NCBI RefSeq assembly: GCF_001194135.2
Contig: NC_068986.1
Location: 81,263,875 to 81,302,421 of the forward strand
Direction of reading: 5' to 3'
Source of the DNA: Octopus bimaculoides
Taxonomy: Eukaryota
Length of the DNA stretch: 38,547 nt
The translations under genes and the position numbers were made by a program. Shown piece after piece: positions 21,950 to 31,664 of this stretch. The notes beneath the pieces are model-generated. The model worked only from the letters and a program-made list of their open reading frames with translations. It was not told the origin of the DNA and ran no database searches. Within the stretch, counting starts at the first letter, position 1, and the number at the start of each line of letters is the position of its first letter.

Positions 21950-22640
21950 GTGTATTTCGAGAATGAGAATCAGTCTGTTCTGTTCTTTTTCAAAGAACTC
22001 AAGCAACTGTAGTCTTTTTACACATTTCGGTTGTTACGTAACCAATGCACCTAGGATAATAAGAAAGAATGAAAATCTATAGCTTGGATTTAAGAGCTAC
22101 GAAGTTCTTATAAGTTTTCCATATATGTTCTCCCTTTCCCCAGTTTTTGGTGAAACATTCATATCCTCCGAGTAGTTGATTTCTAATACGGTGCCCGACT
22201 TTTGCTCCCAGCTCCATACAACAACATCTATCCTGTTGTACTTGCAGCGGGTTGCTGTTTTTATTGAAACTATTCTATACTTTTAAAGGTGTGGATAATG
22301 TTTGGTTCTTGTGTGCCTTTTGCAGAAAAGACAATCCTTTCTACTTACACTGTCTTGTAGACTGTCTTGGCGACAATGTGATGTCTCGTGAAAAGGTAGA
22401 ATTTCACGGATACTTTTGAAAAGATGTGAATAATATAAGTGATATCTTCCACACTGGTATGGTACAATCGACATTTTCTGTCACAACGTAGAAGTCAAGA
22501 AGCATCTTTATCTCTCTTATTGATCAGGTATTTTGTTGCTGTCTCCTGTTCTTGGATAGCAAAGAAACTGTAGCCTTTCTAAGGTGAGATGTTCTTATCG
22601 TACGTCCAGAGGGGCTACTATTCGTGTCAATGCTGTTGCA
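21950..22640 (-). mobile_element. R4/Dong-like RLE retrotransposon fragment, (CATA)n family, strongly decayed
   Basis: Minus strand: IQEQETATKYLINKRDKD...RKCRLYHTSVEDITYII...IKTATRCKYNRIDVVVW...ENIYGKL (CCHC knuckle plus RLE region), collinear with 22915-23672; the 5' truncation abuts (TATG)n. Confidence 0.7.
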
Positions 22641-22643
22641 AAG

Positions 22644-22674
<31 letters not shown>

Positions 22675-22914
22675 TGTATGTACGTACGAATGTATGTATG
22701 TGTGTATGTATGTCATTATTCAGTTTGATTTCAAGATTTCTTGCCAATAGAGAAAAAGCAAGTTTCTAACCTAAGCCCAAGGCTCCTTCATTGGAACTTC
22801 AACATTAACTGGGTATGTATGTATGTATGTATGTACGTATGCATGTATGTTTGTATGTATGTATGTTTGTATGTATGTATGTGTAGATTTGTATGTTTTA
22901 TGTATGTATTTTCA

Positions 22915-23672
22915 TACATATAGTTGCATATCTAGACTTGTTCATATATATTTAAGTGATGAGCTTCTGGAAAGTTTTACAGATTTTTACAGTTACAGTG
23001 ATGGATTAGATCTGTAGTCTTCGAATTAGCTTTCTCCTTTCTGCTTTTGAGAAGCCTAATTTGGTATTTAGGTAGTGTGTTACATATCACAGGGCCCCAA
23101 TAATTACAGGTATAAACCTGAACTTGTAATCTGGATAGAGTAACTATAGATTTCTCAATAGTTCAGCATAGGTGTTCTCTTTTTCACTGATCTTCAGCTT
23201 TTATGTTAACATCCGCCTGGCTGCTAATTTCCACAACTGTACACAGTTTCTTTTCTCTATCCCAAATCGTTATATCAGGTCTGTTGTGCTTACATTTTAT
23301 TGAGGTCTTCACTGGTACATTCCACCAGTATTCCTTTTTATTATGAGTGTCTATGGCTTCTACCATATAGAGGGTTCTTCTTTCTTTGTCCTCGGGATTA
23401 TCCTTCTGATGGATTTCATTATAGAGTGTCTTAGCTACAACGTCATGTCTTATCGGTAGATAATACCATGATGACATTTTCGGACAACTGCTTATGATAT
23501 GGGTAATATCTTCAGTGTGTACTCCACAAAATCAATCTGCATCGGCTTTTCCTGCATTTCTATCTTCTATCCCTTTTGTGCATCAGGTATTTGGCTGATA
23601 TTTCCTGTTCCAAGATTGCAAACGCATACCCTTCAAAGTGGGAGGTAGTAATCCATGATAACTGCTTTGATG
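22915..23672 (-). mobile_element. R4/Dong-like RLE retrotransposon 3' portion, (CATA)n family
   Basis: FEGYAFAILEQEISAKYL...EDITHIISSCPKMSSWYYLPIRHDVVAKTLY...WWNVPVKTSIKCKHNRPDITIWDREKKLCTVVEIS...KENTYAEL...FIPVIIGAL...TVKICKTF: zinc knuckle, RHD and PD-(D/E)xK RLE motifs; (TATG)n on both sides. Confidence 0.88.
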
Positions 23673-23674
23673 AT

Positions 23675-23960
23675 GTATGTATGTATGTATGTATGTATGT
23701 ATGTATTTATGTATGTATGTATGTATGTATGTATGTATGTATGTATGTACGTATGTATGTATGTATTTATGTATGTGTGTATGCATGTATGTATGTATGT
23801 ATGTATGTATGTATGCATGCATGCATGCATGTATGTATGTATCGCTGGCAGGCTGGCAGGCTGGTAGGCTGGCTGGCAGGATAGATAGATGGATAGCTGG
23901 TTGGATGAATGGATGGATGGATGGATGGATGGATGGATGGATGGATGGATGGATGCTTAT
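23675..23960. repeat. (TATG)n / (GGCT)n / (GGAT)n compound microsatellite
   Basis: Read directly from the sequence. Confidence 0.95.
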
Positions 23961-24253
23961 ATGTATTTATGAATGGATGGGTGTGTGGGCGGCTGTATAG
24001 AAACTCATTTACAAATGCTCTCACACATATATATATATATACGAGTGTATGTTTCCGTATGTTTTTAATCGTTTACAATACGGTAAGGTCAGAAGGGAAT
24101 CATTAATCTGTAAAGCAACAATTACTAAAAAAGAGGATGAAAGGTGGAAGAAAAGGAGGAGGAAGAGTAACACTATAGTCATAACTGTTGTCATATCCCC
24201 TACTGTTGGCATTAACATGCTGTGTATTCCTCTGATAAATGTTGTCTCATAAC

Positions 24254-24720
24254 ATACACCACCACCACCACCACCACCACCAATACCAATACCACCATCA
24301 TCACCACCACCACCAACACTGCCATCACCACCACCACCGCCGCCGCCACCNNNNNNNNNNNNNNNNNNNNNNNNNNNNNNNNNNNNNNNNNNNNNNNNNN
24401 NNNNNNNNNNNNNNNNNNNNNNNNNNNNNNNNNNNNNNNNNNNNNNNNNNNNNNNNNNNNNNNNNNNNNNNNNNNNNNNNNNNNNNNNNNNNNNNNNNNN
24501 NNNNNNNNNCACCACCACCGCCGTCGCCGCAGCCAGCACCACCACCACCACCACCACCGCTGCTGCTGTCACCTCCACCATCAAGGTCAATAACACTGCT
24601 GCTATCACTTCTCCAACCGACACCACTACGGCTATCAATTCCAATCCCACTCCACTGCTACCACCACTGTCCATCATACTACTATCACCGCCACCGCCAC
24701 AACCACCACCCTCTACCACC
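24254..24720. repeat. (CAC)n-based degenerate trinucleotide tract spanning a gap
   Basis: Read directly; source of the poly-His/Thr/Pro/Gly ORFs. Confidence 0.85.
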
Positions 24721-25151
24721 AATGCCGCTCTATAGTCACCATGGTAATCATGTTTAGTATTGACTTTTTGAGTTTTCATTTTCAAAATAAGATTGTGTAT
24801 GTGCGTGTGCATGTGCACGTGTGTATGTGTGTGTATGTTGTGTGTATGTGTGTTTGTGTGAGTGTGTGTGTGTGTGTGTGTGAGTGTGTGCGTGCGTGTG
24901 AGTGTGCGTGTGTTTATTACATGCTACGTCTGAATGAGGTGGCAGCGCCCATGGCTTTCGCAGGTTCACCGGCACCGGTGAGATTGATGCCTGGTTAATA
25001 TATTAGATGAGTGAAACGGACGGCCTCTCCGTAGAGGCTACTTCCTGTCAAAATAACACATACACACAACACAACACGCCCGCCCGCCCATGCACGCACG
25101 CGCACACACGCGCGCACAACACATACATACATACATACATACATACATATC

Positions 25152-25280
25152 CAATCAATCAATGGAACTGTAAAAATCTGTAAGACTTTCCAGAAGTTTA
25201 TCATTTAAATACATATGAGCATATCTAGTTATGCAAATGTATGCACGAGAATACATACAAAAAACATACATATCTGCACT
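25152..25280 (+). mobile_element. Short 3' end of the (CATA)n-family RLE retrotransposon
   Basis: ACTGTAAAAATCTGTAAGACTTTCCAGAAG...TCA.TTAAATA.ATATGA.CA..TCTAG.TATGCAA is the reverse complement of about 22920-22995; (TACA)n on both sides. Confidence 0.85.
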
Positions 25281-25597
25281 ACATACATACATACATACAT
25301 ACATACATACATACATACATACATACATACATACATACATACACACACACACATACATACATACTTACATACATACGTACATACATACATACATACATAC
25401 ATACATACATACACACATACATACATACATACATACATACATACATACATACATACATACACACACACACATACATACATACATACATACATCCACACAT
25501 ACACACATACATATATACATACATACACACATACATACATACTTACATACATACGTACATACATACATACATACATACATACATACATAATACATGC

Positions 25598-25628
<31 letters not shown>
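25281..25628. repeat. (TACA)n microsatellite, about 350 bp
   Basis: Read directly from the sequence. Confidence 0.95.
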
Positions 25629-26110
25629 GGAGGAACCTAGTTTCAATGTGGGTAGCCTACAAGAAAGCTTTTGACTCTGTTCCCCACTCATGGATGCTAG
25701 AAGTCCTTCAACTTGCTGAAGTTCCAGTGAGCATAATCAAAGCCATAGCTGACCTGACTTCATCGTGGGCCACTATCTTGAAATTAAAACACAAAGAGTG
25801 ATTGCATTATCACTGATAAAATACAGTACCGCCAAGGCCAAGTATTATCATAGATAAAATACAGTACCGCAAAAGTACCAAGTGAACAACCTCTCTGTGA
25901 TGTTTATACTTTCTGTATACTCCTTGTAATTCATATTAAGGAAATCTGAAGGATATCTCACTGGTTCACAAGGAAACTGGAATACCAAAATTACACACAG
26001 AGTCAGTACTCATACCAACATTTGGGCTGCTTGACTGGATGCTTGATGAGATCCGAGCCAGTGATGTAAAAACCTGAAAAATACTAACAAGCACACATAA
26101 TTTCCACATA
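25629..26110 (+). pseudogene. R4/Dong-like reverse transcriptase fragment, 5'-joined to (TACA)n
   Basis: RRNLVSMWVAYKKAFDSVPHSWMLEVLQLAEVP (DYxKAFDSVPH motif), followed by decayed later RT/thumb segments (FGLLDWMLDEIRASDVKT*KILTSTHNFH). I could not find the YxDD block. Confidence 0.8.
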
Positions 26111-26395
26111 AACAGTGTCGTACCTAAAACGTACCTGTTTTCGTATACATTCGTTTACTTTCTTCCAAGGAGTCTAGTGCTCTTAGCTTAGATTATCTTG
26201 GGGACGGCCAGATTGGAGCAGTCTCGAGTGTAACCGGTCGAAACTGCAAAGATGATCTGGAACTCGACTGAAGATAGGAAGCTCCGAATGACCCGTCCTT
26301 GTTTTTCCTGTCCTTTTTTGCATCGTCTAACTGTCCGGATGTTTTGTTATCGCTTGTTACGTTCTTGTTCCATTTTTTTGCTTTCTACATATATT

Positions 26396-26429
<34 letters not shown>

Positions 26430-26569
26430 NNNNNNNNNNNNNNNNNNNNNNNNNNNNNNNNNNNNNNNNNNNNNNNNNNNNNNNNNNNNNNNNNNNNNNN
26501 NNNNNNNNNNNNNNNNNNNNNNNNNNNNNNNNNNNNNNNNNNNNNNNNNNNNNNNNNNNNNNNNNNNNN

Positions 26570-26613
<44 letters not shown>

Positions 26614-26614
26614 C

Positions 26615-26810
26615 CAATTCAAATGAATAAACAATTCGAATAAAGGAATAAAAAAACGAATGTGACTATGTGCACAAGAAGCATATTAGCTTGATGCTCT
26701 GTGAAAGGAGAGAGTTTAACGTTTGGAGCATAGCTCTTCGTCGGAAAGGAGAAAGGGAAAAGTCCAAAGAAGGAGGAAAGAAGAAATCGCCAACGGACCA
26801 CATTTAGTTA
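26615..26810 (-). mobile_element. Penelope-type terminus with decayed hammerhead (26715-26747)
   Basis: Minus strand: UUU CCGACGA A GAGC-uau-GCUC CAAA C GUU AAA, a hammerhead layout with U4C and G12C changes. Confidence 0.5.
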
Positions 26811-27035
26811 TCGCTAATGACGAAATTTTACTCTGCTTGCTGGCTATTTACGACAGCAGTTATTTCTCAGTCACTATTTTTCTATATCGTAGAGGGTAAA
26901 TTTGTCTAAGCATGCGGTTGATAGTGGATATTTGCTACTGATGACGCGCAAAGACAGTGAAATCTAGATTTAGTAATTCCACCACCGCTGCTGGACGCTT
27001 TCTGGCTCAAGCTGATACACTTCTGTGCTTTTTAG

Positions 27036-27112
27036 CTCTATACATCTATACGAGATGCTTTCTCAAGACGAATACCGCAGTTTTGTGGCTTTCTACAACG
27101 TATCCACATTAA
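27036..27112 (+). CDS. Candidate 77-nt internal exon (SIHLYEMLSQDEYRSFVAFYNVSTL), host unknown
   Basis: CTTCTGTGCTTTTTAG | open frame | TAA-GTAAGA, in non-repetitive sequence; no family recognised. Confidence 0.3.
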
Positions 27113-27710
27113 GTAAGATATACAGAATGGTATATGTGTGTGTACATATATTCATATGTTTACGCATGTATGTGTGTGTGCGTATATGTGTGTGTGTGTA
27201 TGTCTGTGTCTGTATCTATGTCTTTGTGTGTCTGTGTGTGTGCCTGTCTGTATGCATGTATTATATATCTATTTATTTATATAGTTCAATTAAATTATTA
27301 TACTGTTTGTACACAGTAATGGAAACTCTGTTTTCATAAAATTTACAGCTTTCATGTTCGCTCAGCAAGCTTTATTATTCCATCAGTGATTTGACTTCTA
27401 GGTGTGAAGTATTTGTTACCAATTATGGCGCTTTTATGTTATTTTTATTGCATATGATGCAGCAGACATTATCTCTAGAGCTGTGTGTACACTGTACCGT
27501 GGTTTGTGATTTCCCTGAAGGTTATTTCATCCATGCCCATATTTAATGTACATCTGATTTAAGTAATACGATTTATATACTTTAACTACGAATGACAAAA
27601 TCGAAAAGGTGAAAACTGAGCAGAGCTGTGTTTTTAATCTAACGCGTTTTTAAAATCATTTCTATTAAACAGATCTGCTATTTCAGATGTTTCCACTGAG
27701 ATTCTTTTGT

Positions 27711-28101
27711 CTTTTACTTGCTTCCGTCATCAGGCTGCGCCCATGCTGGGGCACCACCTTGAAGAATTTTTAGTCAAGTGAATCGACCCCAGTTCTTATT
27801 TTTGATAAGCCTGATACTTATTCTATCGGTCTCTTTTCTGCCGAACCGCTAAGTTACGGGGACGAGAACACACCAACGCCGGTTGTCAAGCGGTGGTGCG
27901 GGACAAACGCAGACACAAGGAAACCCACTCATATGTGCGTGTGTGTGTGTGCGCGCGTGCGCGCGCGCGTGTGTGTGTGTACATAAATACATATGAAAGA
28001 CGGGCTTATTTCAGTTTTAAGTCTACCACATCCACTCACTAGGCTTTGCACAAGTTGCATGCCGTGGGACCGAACCTGGAACCATGTGGTTGGGAAGCAT
28101 G
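27711..28101 (-). mobile_element. SINE family A
   Basis: TACTTATTCTATCGGTCTCTTTTCTGCCGAACCGCTAAGTTACGGGGACG and GGGACCGAACCTGGAACCATGTGGTTGG match 19081-19475; central (GT)n(GC)n. Confidence 0.85.
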
Positions 28102-28725
28102 GATGTGTCCATACCACAAGAACCAGTGAGATTGGCACAGTCAACTCTTTGTCTGACCTCTGTATCACATGTGATACACAGTATATATTTCTCTAGTCTG
28201 CATGTATCGTAGATTATACATATTCCCAATTTTTTTTTCAACCACCAGACTTCGGAGCAGAAGGGTGCTTCAGAATATTCTAAATGGGTACTAATTTGTA
28301 ATAATGGTAAAGTGGAGTTTCAAAATAAGTTTATCATTGTAAATCTGAGGATGCACCATTGAATAGTGAAGGGACAGTGCCGTCCAATGCACTCCCTTAG
28401 CGACGGGTATGCACTAAAGTAACTTGCAACTTATGAAAGGAAAGGTTTATTTTAGTGAGAACGTATGAAACAAGTCTGCGAACAAGCATGGACTTTTAGG
28501 GCAAACTTATGAAAGTGCCTTGGATAAGTAAAGGTTCCATATTCCTATCGAATGGTCACAAGTTGGTAACTAAGGAAACAACATGGACTAAGAGTTGGAG
28601 ATTCTTGAAGGTCGATGTTCTGGAGATAAAGAACTGGATATTGTGATTAGTGCGGGACTTGAAGTAAACGCAATATGTAACCTTATCCCATAGTCCATCA
28701 GCGCCTATATGTCTCCTTTCGACTA

Positions 28726-29009
28726 TGTTTACAAGTTCTATTTACCACTACCACAGGGTCCACCTGTGTATACATGTCTCCTTTAACATTACAACTCTGT
28801 CGATTATGTCTACATGTCCCATGTACCACTATGACACTGTCCACATGTGCTCACATGTTCCATGTAACACTACAACACTGTCGACAATGTCCACATGTTC
28901 CATGTACCCCAACCACATTGTTCACTTTTGTCTACATGTTCCTGTAGCACTAAAACATTGTTGACAATGTCTACATGTCCCATAGACACTGTTCACTTGT
29001 GTCTACATA
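28726..29009. repeat. Minisatellite, about 40-bp units alternating as an about 80-bp A/B dimer
   Basis: Seven units begin TGT(C/T/A)(T/C)ACA.GT; units end alternately ...GT(C/T)CAC(N) and ...GT(C/T)GA(C/T)(A/T)A. Confidence 0.8.
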
Positions 29010-29139
29010 ACTCCCATACAGGGCACTGTAATATACTAAAGCTGTTTATTATTCATTTTAATCAATAATTCCGGCAACTTCAAATCAATCACTGCTGACA
29101 GGAATAGAACAATAAGCACCTATCAAACCGAATCACCGA

Positions 29140-29345
29140 GAGAGCCTCTATGCTATCACTAGATTAGAAGAAATAACAGCCAAATCAACTTCAACTTAGA
29201 CTCTGTGGTCTTAGAGAAAGAAAGGCAACATTGAACATTATTGTAGAAGATACTTTTTTATGGGATGATCATGACTGGAATGCTTTTGGTCACATATCTT
29301 GTCTGTCGCAGACAGATCTGACTCGGGGCTAAACAGTAACAACAA
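29140..29345 (+). mobile_element. Interspersed repeat (SINE-like) ending in (AAC)n
   Basis: GAAGAAATAACAGCCAAATC (29167-29186) matches 19/20 to the hairpin arm at 12369-12388; ends CTGACTCGGGGCTAAACAGTAACAACAAAAATAACAACAAC. Confidence 0.5.
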
Positions 29346-29925
29346 AAATAACAACAACAATGACAACAACGATGATGACTTCAGCCAGATATCATTGGCC
29401 AATTTCACTAAAGGTAATTAGGACTGTTTCACCTGTCACCTTTTGAAAATGTCGATAGATTTGATGACCTTTCCTAATTATCTGATATTAAATGTCTTCG
29501 GAAGATAATGGTCATATCTATTGATAAAATAACTAAATATTTTCCTTACTTCTGAGTTTTTCGACAAGCAACTACTTCTCATTTGTCTTTCTAGAAAAAC
29601 TCCCATACATATACACATTTATAGACACACACTCACAGACATATACACGGAGATACGCACTCATGCACAAACACACACACATTTACAAATATATAGATTT
29701 CAAACATAACTACAAGGTCAAACATTTTGGGGCGAGAGATATTTTATCAAGCCACAACGATGTAAGATAAAGTAGACCCCGGTAAGATTTAACCTCAGAA
29801 CGCAAAGGACTGCAGTTGAATACCGTAATTCATTTTGCCCTGTGCTCCCAGGTGCCTTCACAGACACACACACACGCACACATACTGCTATTAGCTAATA
29901 TATTAGTCAACCTTTGTAACGAATA

Positions 29926-30166
29926 TTAATTAGCACATCCGGCATAAGTTAGATGTGTTGTTTATAACGCCTAGGACGATAAACGTCCCGAGAAATTATC
30001 TCATGTACGCGACAAATGTTCAAAAGCTTTGATGATATCAGTTGATATTGCGTCAGCACCGGTAGATGGTACTGTGGTATCACGGAATTTCACTATATTA
30101 AGTATTTGTCGAGACGTTTACTGCAGTCATAAACAACACATACAAATTATGTTGGATGTGCTAATT

Positions 30167-30168
<2 letters not shown>
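29926..30168. mobile_element. MITE, about 243 bp, with 43-bp terminal inverted repeats
   Basis: TTAATTAGCACATCCGGCATAAGTTAGATGTGTTGTTTATAAC (29926-29968) vs the reverse complement of 30126-30168: 37/43 identity. TTAA (or TA) at both ends; no coding content. Confidence 0.75.
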
Positions 30169-30199
<31 letters not shown>

Positions 30200-30436
30200 C
30201 AGAAAATGGCGTTCACGAAATTTTTTATTCAAAACCACAGCAATTGCCTCGATTTACTCTCGCACCTGTTGTTCATAGGTGAGATGCGATGCATTCAATT
30301 GTCTTGCATCACAGGTGTAGAATGTCCCACCTCAGGTGACATTTTAAAATAAGTTTCTCACTATAACTTCTCGTCATTTCACTTTGCCTTATAATAACGT
30401 ATAGATGGGTAGGTGTTGCATTCTAGTAGTTCTCAG

Positions 30437-30640
30437 AGCTGACAGAATCCTTAACACGACGGAAAATGCTTAGCGGCATTTCGTCCGTCTTTACATTCTG
30501 AGTTCAAATTTCTCCGAGATGGATTTTGCCTTTCATCCTTTCGTGGGTCGATAAAATAAGTATCAGTCAACTACTGGGATCGATATAATTGAATTACCTC
30601 TCCCTCGAAATTGCTAGACTTGTGCCAAAATATGAAACCG

Positions 30641-30686
<46 letters not shown>
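30437..30686 (+). mobile_element. SINE family B with (ATT)n tail
   Basis: AAATGCTTAGCGGCATTTCGTCCGTC...CTGAGTTCAAATT...GTCGATAAAATAAGTATCAG...CCAAAATATGAAACC followed by (ATT)n. Confidence 0.85.
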
Positions 30687-30687
<1 letters not shown>

Positions 30688-30692
30688 TGATG

Positions 30693-30792
30693 AAAGGTGG
30701 CGAGCTGGGAGAATCGTTACCGCACCGGACAAAATGCTTAGCGGCATTTCTTCCGGCTTTACGTTCTAAGTTCAAATTCCGCCGAGGTCGAC
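30693..30792 (+). mobile_element. SINE family B 5' half, 3'-truncated, directly after the previous copy's tail
   Basis: AAGGTGGCGAGCTGGGAGAATCGTTACCGCACCGG...GTTCAAATTCCGCCGAGGTCGAC, then unrelated sequence. Confidence 0.85.
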
Positions 30793-31004
30793 CAATCAAT
30801 GAAGAACAAGAAAGTGACCGCTGTTGTTTTGAACGACAGAAACAGCATACGCACATTCCCAAATTGTCGCTGCTACATATCTGGACTGTTTTAACCAAAG
30901 AATATATCTACTTTTCAGACTTTCCAAAGTGTTTCGGGTCATCTATAAACAGAAGATGGTTTATGAACAATTCTTTCTTTAACATAACTGTCAACCAAGT
31001 ATGG

Positions 31005-31160
31005 CTACTGACGTTTATAGCCCCAGGAAGACATCTCTTCCAGCTGGCTAACGGCGCATATAGTATTTTGCGAGTGGAATGAGTTTTCATTACTAGCTGG
31101 TGATTAACACACACTGAGGATGGGTAACCCAGAAACTCGAGTCCATGTGTATCACGTAAG
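31005..31160. mobile_element. Penelope-type terminal repeat fragment carrying a hammerhead
   Basis: Homologous to 12860-13040 (27/30 identity in block 31021-31050 vs 12879-12908). Confidence 0.6.
31108..31149 (+). ncRNA. Minimal type I hammerhead ribozyme (GUC site), stem I decayed
   Basis: CACACA CUGAGGA UGGG-uaa-CCCA GAAA CUCGA GUC CAUGUG. Core intact, palindromic stem III ACUCGAGU, two mismatches at the base of stem I. Confidence 0.7.
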
Positions 31161-31224
31161 GCTATAAACGTTAGTAGCACTGTCCTGTATAGGACGCCAC
31201 ACTTGTTTGGCAATTATATGTTAC

Positions 31225-31405
31225 GATTCCGTATTGCTCAGAGATTTAATATAGCTTATTTCTCCCAGTTCTTTCTTTGGTTGGTAATCAATTTTAACTT
31301 TCCTAAGTGTCACTTTTATAGGCATAAGTGCTATGGCAAATATTAATGGTGAAAAAGATTCACCTTGGAAGATACCCGTTTTGATTTCTACTTCTCTGAG
31401 GAATA
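31225..31405 (-). pseudogene. R4/Dong-like reverse transcriptase fragment (motif B region)
   Basis: EVEIKTGIFQGESFSPLIFAIALMPIKVTL...ISY matches RGIFQGDSLSPLLF...ISHL; no intact YxDD after it. Confidence 0.8.
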
Positions 31406-31496
31406 CATAGCTCGACATACTATTCGACATACTATTCAGAAAATGCGTGATATTTACATTATTCGACGGATATTTGTCCTCATTTTGTTTGTTGTT

Positions 31497-31542
31497 AACA
31501 TAACGTTTCGGCTGATGTACCCTCCAGCCTTCTTCAGGTGTC
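31497..31542 (-). ncRNA. Minimal type I hammerhead ribozyme in the Penelope 3' region (GUU site)
   Basis: Minus strand: GACAC CUGAAGA A GGCUG-gagggUACAU-CAGCC GAAA C GUU AUGUU. Core intact, 5-bp stem II, palindromic ACGU stem III, C.A mismatch at the first stem I pair. Confidence 0.7.
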
Positions 31543-31600
31543 TTGGGGAAATTTCGAACCTGGGTTCTCATTCTTAAGGTATTTTTCAATGTTGTTGTTG

Positions 31601-31641
<41 letters not shown>

Positions 31642-31664
31642 ATCCTTATTAATAATAATTAATT

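Noticed and set aside
24021-24818. His-, Pro- or Gly-rich ORFs
   Set aside because: A (CAC)n tract open in several frames on both strands and spanning a gap; no splice or start context.
26938-26970. CTGATGA...GAAA hammerhead-like spacing
   Set aside because: No stem II or stem I pairing can be drawn.
27931-27985. 55-nt alternating purine-pyrimidine tract with (CG)n (Z-DNA-prone)
   Set aside because: It is the ordinary central microsatellite of a SINE-A copy; similar tracts occur throughout the window.
28560-28680. CR1/L2-like thumb fragment (EILEG...DKELDIVISAGL)
   Set aside because: Similarity too weak to call by eye.
28726-29009. CRISPR array
   Set aside because: Eukaryotic context; units are degenerate along their whole length with no unique spacers; no cas genes.
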